A stretch of 64,000 nucleotides of DNA from Thermodesulfobacteriota bacterium (GTDB taxonomy: Bacteria > Desulfobacterota > Desulfarculia > JACQYL01), in contig CAXXLZ010000002.1 in the NCBI GenBank assembly GCA_963675595.2, positions 4,128,001-4,192,000 of the forward strand. Direction: 5' to 3'. Under the pieces are notes generated by a model. That model made no database searches. It was not told the origin of the DNA and saw only the letters and a program-made list of their open reading frames with translations. Made by a program: the position numbers and the translations under genes. Each line of letters opens with the position of its first letter. Positions within the stretch are counted from its first letter, which is position 1. This document shows positions 60,310-64,000 of this stretch, piece by piece.

Positions 60310-61359
60310 ATGACAATGAGAAAGAAGGCGCGGCCGGCAATTGCCTTAGTGGTCCTGTGCGCGATCGGTGCGGGTGTATGGCTGTGGCGATCGAACCATA
60401 AAACAACTTCGGACGACGTGCTGGTGCTGTACGGCAATGTGGATATTCGGCAGGTCGAGTTGGCGATAAACGGGAGCGAGCGAGTTACGGGTTTGTTCGT
60501 TGAAGAAGGAGACCGTGTAGAGAAGGGGCGGTTGTTGGCCAAGCTCGAAACCCAGCGTTTCGAACTCGCTGTGGAACGCGCTGATGCACAGGTGAAGGCT
60601 CAAGAACAGGTCGTTGCCCGTCTTGAGGCCGGTACTCGAATCGAGGAGATTCGCAAAGCCAAAGCGGATCTCAAGACCGCCCAAGCCGCTTTGGACGACG
60701 CCGAGACCACCTACAAACGGGTTTCAGCCTTGGTCCGCCGAAATGCGACCTCCGAGCAGAATCTGGACGATGCCGAGGCGGCCGCGAATTCGGCTCGGGC
60801 CCAACTCGAGGCGTCAAAAGCGGTCCTGGACTTGGCCGTCGCGGGACCCCGTAAAGAGGACATCGCCCAGGCAAAAGCGTTGTTGAAACGTTACGAGGCC
60901 GAGCTCGCCCTGGCACAACGCGATCTCAAGGACGCTTCTCTTTATGCGCCCGCCGACGGCGTCATCCAGGACCGTATTCTCGAAGTCGGCGATATGGCTT
61001 CGCCTCAAAAACCGGTATTCACCTTGGCCCTGACCGACCCGCTCTGGGTACGGGCCTATATCTCTGAGCCGGACCTTGGAAAAATTCAGGAAGGCATGAA
61101 GGTCGTGGTGGAGACGGACAGCTTTCCGGACAAACAGTACTCGGGCTGGATCGGTTTTATCTCGCCCACTGCGGAGTTCACGCCAAAGGCCGTGGAGACG
61201 GAGGAAGTTCGTACCAAGCTGGTTTATCAGGTTCGTGTATTTGTCGATAATCCAAACGGTGAGCTGCGACTCGGCATGCCGGTCACCGCCAGGGTTCAAC
61301 TCAAAACGCCTTATCCCTCAAAGAATACAGAGCCCATCGGCGATTCGGCCGCCGGTTAG
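60310..61359 (+). CDS. HlyD-family membrane fusion protein (YbhG-like)
   Basis: YGNVDIRQV, VEEGDRV, coiled coil, FISPTAEFTPKAVET. Confidence 0.92.
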   Translation: MTMRKKARPAIALVVLCAIGAGVWLWRSNHKTTSDDVLVLYGNVDIRQVELAINGSERVTGLFVEEGDRVEKGRLLAKLETQRFELAVERADAQVKAQEQVVARLEAGTRIEEIRKAKADLKTAQAALDDAETTYKRVSALVRRNATSEQNLDDAEAAANSARAQLEASKAVLDLAVAGPRKEDIAQAKALLKRYEAELALAQRDLKDASLYAPADGVIQDRILEVGDMASPQKPVFTLALTDPLWVRAYISEPDLGKIQEGMKVVVETDSFPDKQYSGWIGFISPTAEFTPKAVETEEVRTKLVYQVRVFVDNPNGELRLGMPVTARVQLKTPYPSKNTEPIGDSAAG

Positions 61360-61387
61360 AACGGATGTCGGCATCACTAAAAGGGCT

Positions 61388-61487
61388 GTACGCATTCCCG
61401 GGGGGGAACTTTTCAAAAAGTTCCCCCCCGGTACGCCCTCTCAAAAGTCTCAACCAGGCCTCACCGCCTTCGGCGGAGAGGCTCCAT
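61388..61487 (+). repeat. REP-like family A copy within the efflux operon
   Basis: ggggggaacttttcaaaaagttcccccc...aggcctcaccgccttcggcggagaggctcc. Confidence 0.78.
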
Positions 61488-61623
61488 GGGGTGAGTGGAT
61501 TTCCGGACCGGCGCATCCTTGTCCAAGGCTCCGTTTCTAATGCGTCCGGCAAACGGTCTCCCCTCCCATTCTGTGAACAGCTTCAAAGGAATAAGTGACC
61601 GCCTCCAAGGAGACCTCGGCGCA

Positions 61624-63384
61624 ATGGACGATGCGGCTCTCACATTTCATACGATCAGCAAGAATTTCGTGTCCGGTAAGCGCCGGGTCCGAGCGCTGCA
61701 TGATATCAGCCTGGACATTCGCAAGGGTCGGGTCACGGGGCTGATCGGCCCCGACGGGGCGGGCAAGACGACCCTGATTCGCCTTGCTGCGGGACTGTTG
61801 CTGCCGGACTCCGGGCAAGGTCATGTGCTGGGATTGGATATCGTTCGTGAGGCGCTGTCGATACAGGCGGCCGTCGGGTATATGCCCCAGCGGTTCGGGT
61901 TATACGAAGATATGACCGTTCAGGAAAACCTCAATCTCTATGCGGACTTGCAGGGCGTTGCCAAGGAGCGGCGTGCCGAACGTTACGAAGAGCTGATGCA
62001 CATGACCGGTCTGGCCCCGTTCGTCGGACGACAGGCCGGACGGCTGTCCGGCGGTATGAAACAGAAGCTCGGGCTGGCCTGCACGCTGGTGAATCCGCCT
62101 CGACTGCTGTTGCTCGACGAACCGACGGTAGGGGTCGACCCGGTGTCCCGACGTGAGCTCTGGCAGATTATTGATCGTTTTGTACGGGAAGAGGAAACGA
62201 CGGTGCTGCTGAGTACGGCCTACCTGGATGAGGCCGAGCGTTGTAACCAAGTGATTATTCTTCACGAAGGTAAGTTGCTGGGCCAGGGACCGCCGCGGAC
62301 TTTCAGCGATCCTCTTGCCGGCCGTACCTACAAAGTTCGAGTACCGGGCATGAAGAACCGGGATGTGCAGGAAAAGCTGACGCGCAATGCCGGGGTGGCG
62401 GATGCGGTGATCCAGGGAGATGCGGTGCGTCTGGTTCTGGAATCGGATGCACCCGCCGATTTGGAAACATTGCTGCCGGGGGTCGACGGGGCGTCGATGC
62501 AATCGGTTCCGCCACGCTTTGAAGACGGCTTTGTCACCATGCTGAGGAAACATCCGCAGGAAGGCCGCGGGTCTCTTGGGGGCGCTGATCGGGATTCCTT
62601 GAAAGCGGATGATAACGAGAAAACAACCGATTCCATGATCTCGGTGGATAACGTACAGCGGCGGTTCGGCGATTTCTATGCGGTCAAGGGGGTGACGTTC
62701 GATGTGCAACGAGGTGAAGTGTTTGGTTTGCTGGGCGCCAACGGCGCAGGCAAAACAACCACCTTTCGCATGCTTTGCGGACTGCTGCCTGCTAGTGCCG
62801 GCAGCCTGTACGTGGCCGGAGTGGACGTACGACGTACGGCCGCAACCGCACGCTCGCGCATCGGTTATATGTCCCAGAAATTCTCGCTTTACGGGAATCT
62901 CAGTGTCGGTCAAAATCTAAATTTTTTCAGCAGCGCCTACGGCTTGAAAGGTGGCAGGCGTCTCTCCAGAATTCAATGGGCGATAGAGCAGTTTGATCTC
63001 GGCGATTTGGTGGAAGCAACCAGCGGAATACTGTCGTTGGGATATAAGCAGCGTTTGGCGCTGGCCTGCGCGCTGATGCATGAGCCCGACATCCTATTCC
63101 TGGACGAACCGACCTCCGGGGTGGATCCACTCGCACGGCGCGAGTTTTGGCAACGTATCAATGCGCTTGCCTCGCAAAACGTGACGGTGCTGGTAACGAC
63201 TCATTTCATGGAGGAAGCCGAATACTGTGACCGGCTGGCGATCATGGTGTCCGGTGAGATACTTGCATTGGGTAATCCGATGGATATCAAGCGGGAGGCA
63301 CGTACCGAAGAGAATCGTGAACCCACCATGGAAGATGCCTTTATCCATGTTCTTCAATCGCACGAAACGGAAGAAATTACATGA
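61624..63384 (+). CDS. Tandem ABC ATPase (YbhF-like)
   Basis: Two Walker A motifs (GPDGAGKT, GANGAGKT), LSGG/LSLG signatures, LDEPT twice. Confidence 0.93.
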   Translation: MDDAALTFHTISKNFVSGKRRVRALHDISLDIRKGRVTGLIGPDGAGKTTLIRLAAGLLLPDSGQGHVLGLDIVREALSIQAAVGYMPQRFGLYEDMTVQENLNLYADLQGVAKERRAERYEELMHMTGLAPFVGRQAGRLSGGMKQKLGLACTLVNPPRLLLLDEPTVGVDPVSRRELWQIIDRFVREEETTVLLSTAYLDEAERCNQVIILHEGKLLGQGPPRTFSDPLAGRTYKVRVPGMKNRDVQEKLTRNAGVADAVIQGDAVRLVLESDAPADLETLLPGVDGASMQSVPPRFEDGFVTMLRKHPQEGRGSLGGADRDSLKADDNEKTTDSMISVDNVQRRFGDFYAVKGVTFDVQRGEVFGLLGANGAGKTTTFRMLCGLLPASAGSLYVAGVDVRRTAATARSRIGYMSQKFSLYGNLSVGQNLNFFSSAYGLKGGRRLSRIQWAIEQFDLGDLVEATSGILSLGYKQRLALACALMHEPDILFLDEPTSGVDPLARREFWQRINALASQNVTVLVTTHFMEEAEYCDRLAIMVSGEILALGNPMDIKREARTEENREPTMEDAFIHVLQSHETEEIT

Positions 63385-64000
63385 CCGCGGATACCTCCAC
63401 AATCCCGCCGCGGAGAGGCCGCGCCTTCATGCGTTTGCGCGGTCTGATGCGGAAAGAGTTTCTGCAGGTTCTCAGAGATCCGAGCAGCCTGGGTATTGCC
63501 TTTGTGCTGCCCGTGATTTTGCTGCTGTTGTTCGGATACGGGGTGTCGTTGGATGCGAAGCATGTGCCGATCGCATTGGTTGTGGACAAGCCCTCGGCGG
63601 CGACGTCCGGTCTTTGCGGTGCATTTGAACAATCGCCCTATTTCGAGCCGTTCCGCGTGCATGGGATGCATGAGGCACTTCAGGGATTGGCGGAGCACCG
63701 TTTCGACGCAATCGTCTATATGCGTGAGGACTTTACCAGGAAGATGTGGTCCCCTGCGCACGCTTCGATTCAGCTCATCCTCAATGGTGTCGACGCCAAC
63801 ACCGCACGCATTATTTCGGGCTATGTGGAGGGTGTATACGGTAATTGGCTCGAAGATTCGGCCGGGGAAAGCGGGCGAGCGGCGAGTATTCCGGTGCGGA
63901 TCGAACAGCGTGTCTGGTTCAACAGCGATCTGCGCAGCCGCAATTTTCTGGTGCCCGGGCTCATTGCCGTAATCATGACGTTGATCGGCGCCCTGCTGAC
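63381..64000 (+). CDS. ABC permease (YbhS-like), runs off the window end
   Basis: MRKEFLQVLRDPSSLGIAFVLPVILLLLFGYGVSLD...WFNSDLRSRNFLVPGLIA. Confidence 0.9.
   Translation, partial: MTADTSTIPPRRGRAFMRLRGLMRKEFLQVLRDPSSLGIAFVLPVILLLLFGYGVSLDAKHVPIALVVDKPSAATSGLCGAFEQSPYFEPFRVHGMHEALQGLAEHRFDAIVYMREDFTRKMWSPAHASIQLILNGVDANTARIISGYVEGVYGNWLEDSAGESGRAASIPVRIEQRVWFNSDLRSRNFLVPGLIAVIMTLIGALL

Overview
GC-rich chromosome segment of an anaerobic deltaproteobacterium (Desulfobacterota-like, inferred from qrcBCD, multiheme cytochromes, an anaerobic cbi operon and a Geobacter-type GEMM riboswitch). About 1-18.4 kb is a patchy accessory region ending at tRNA-Ala. It holds a hybrid kinase and diguanylate cyclase, a c-di-GMP-I riboswitch ahead of a PEP-CTERM-type protein, a decayed DUF4160/DUF2442 pair, a secreted hemolysin/leukocidin-like protein, an IS4 element, an ArsR/rhodanese/MauE/DsbA/sulfurtransferase cluster and an AT-rich putative nuclease. 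Next come tyrS, a complete IS110 element, trmL and an electron-transfer region: heme-sensing two-component system, NapC/NirT plus octaheme HAO-family protein, decaheme cytochrome, orphan Rieske and subunit-IV-like genes, and qrcBCD with a degenerate qrcA. The rest carries polysaccharide genes, pcm, mlaE-mlaD-tolC-mlaC, a B12 riboswitch with cbi genes, tRNA-Glu and a YbhGFS-like exporter. The strongest signal is the IS110 element, whose non-coding end encodes a readable bridge RNA with guides matching both its own donor junction and its target, a dispersed REP-like repeat family. All calls come from reading the sequence by eye; no searches were run.
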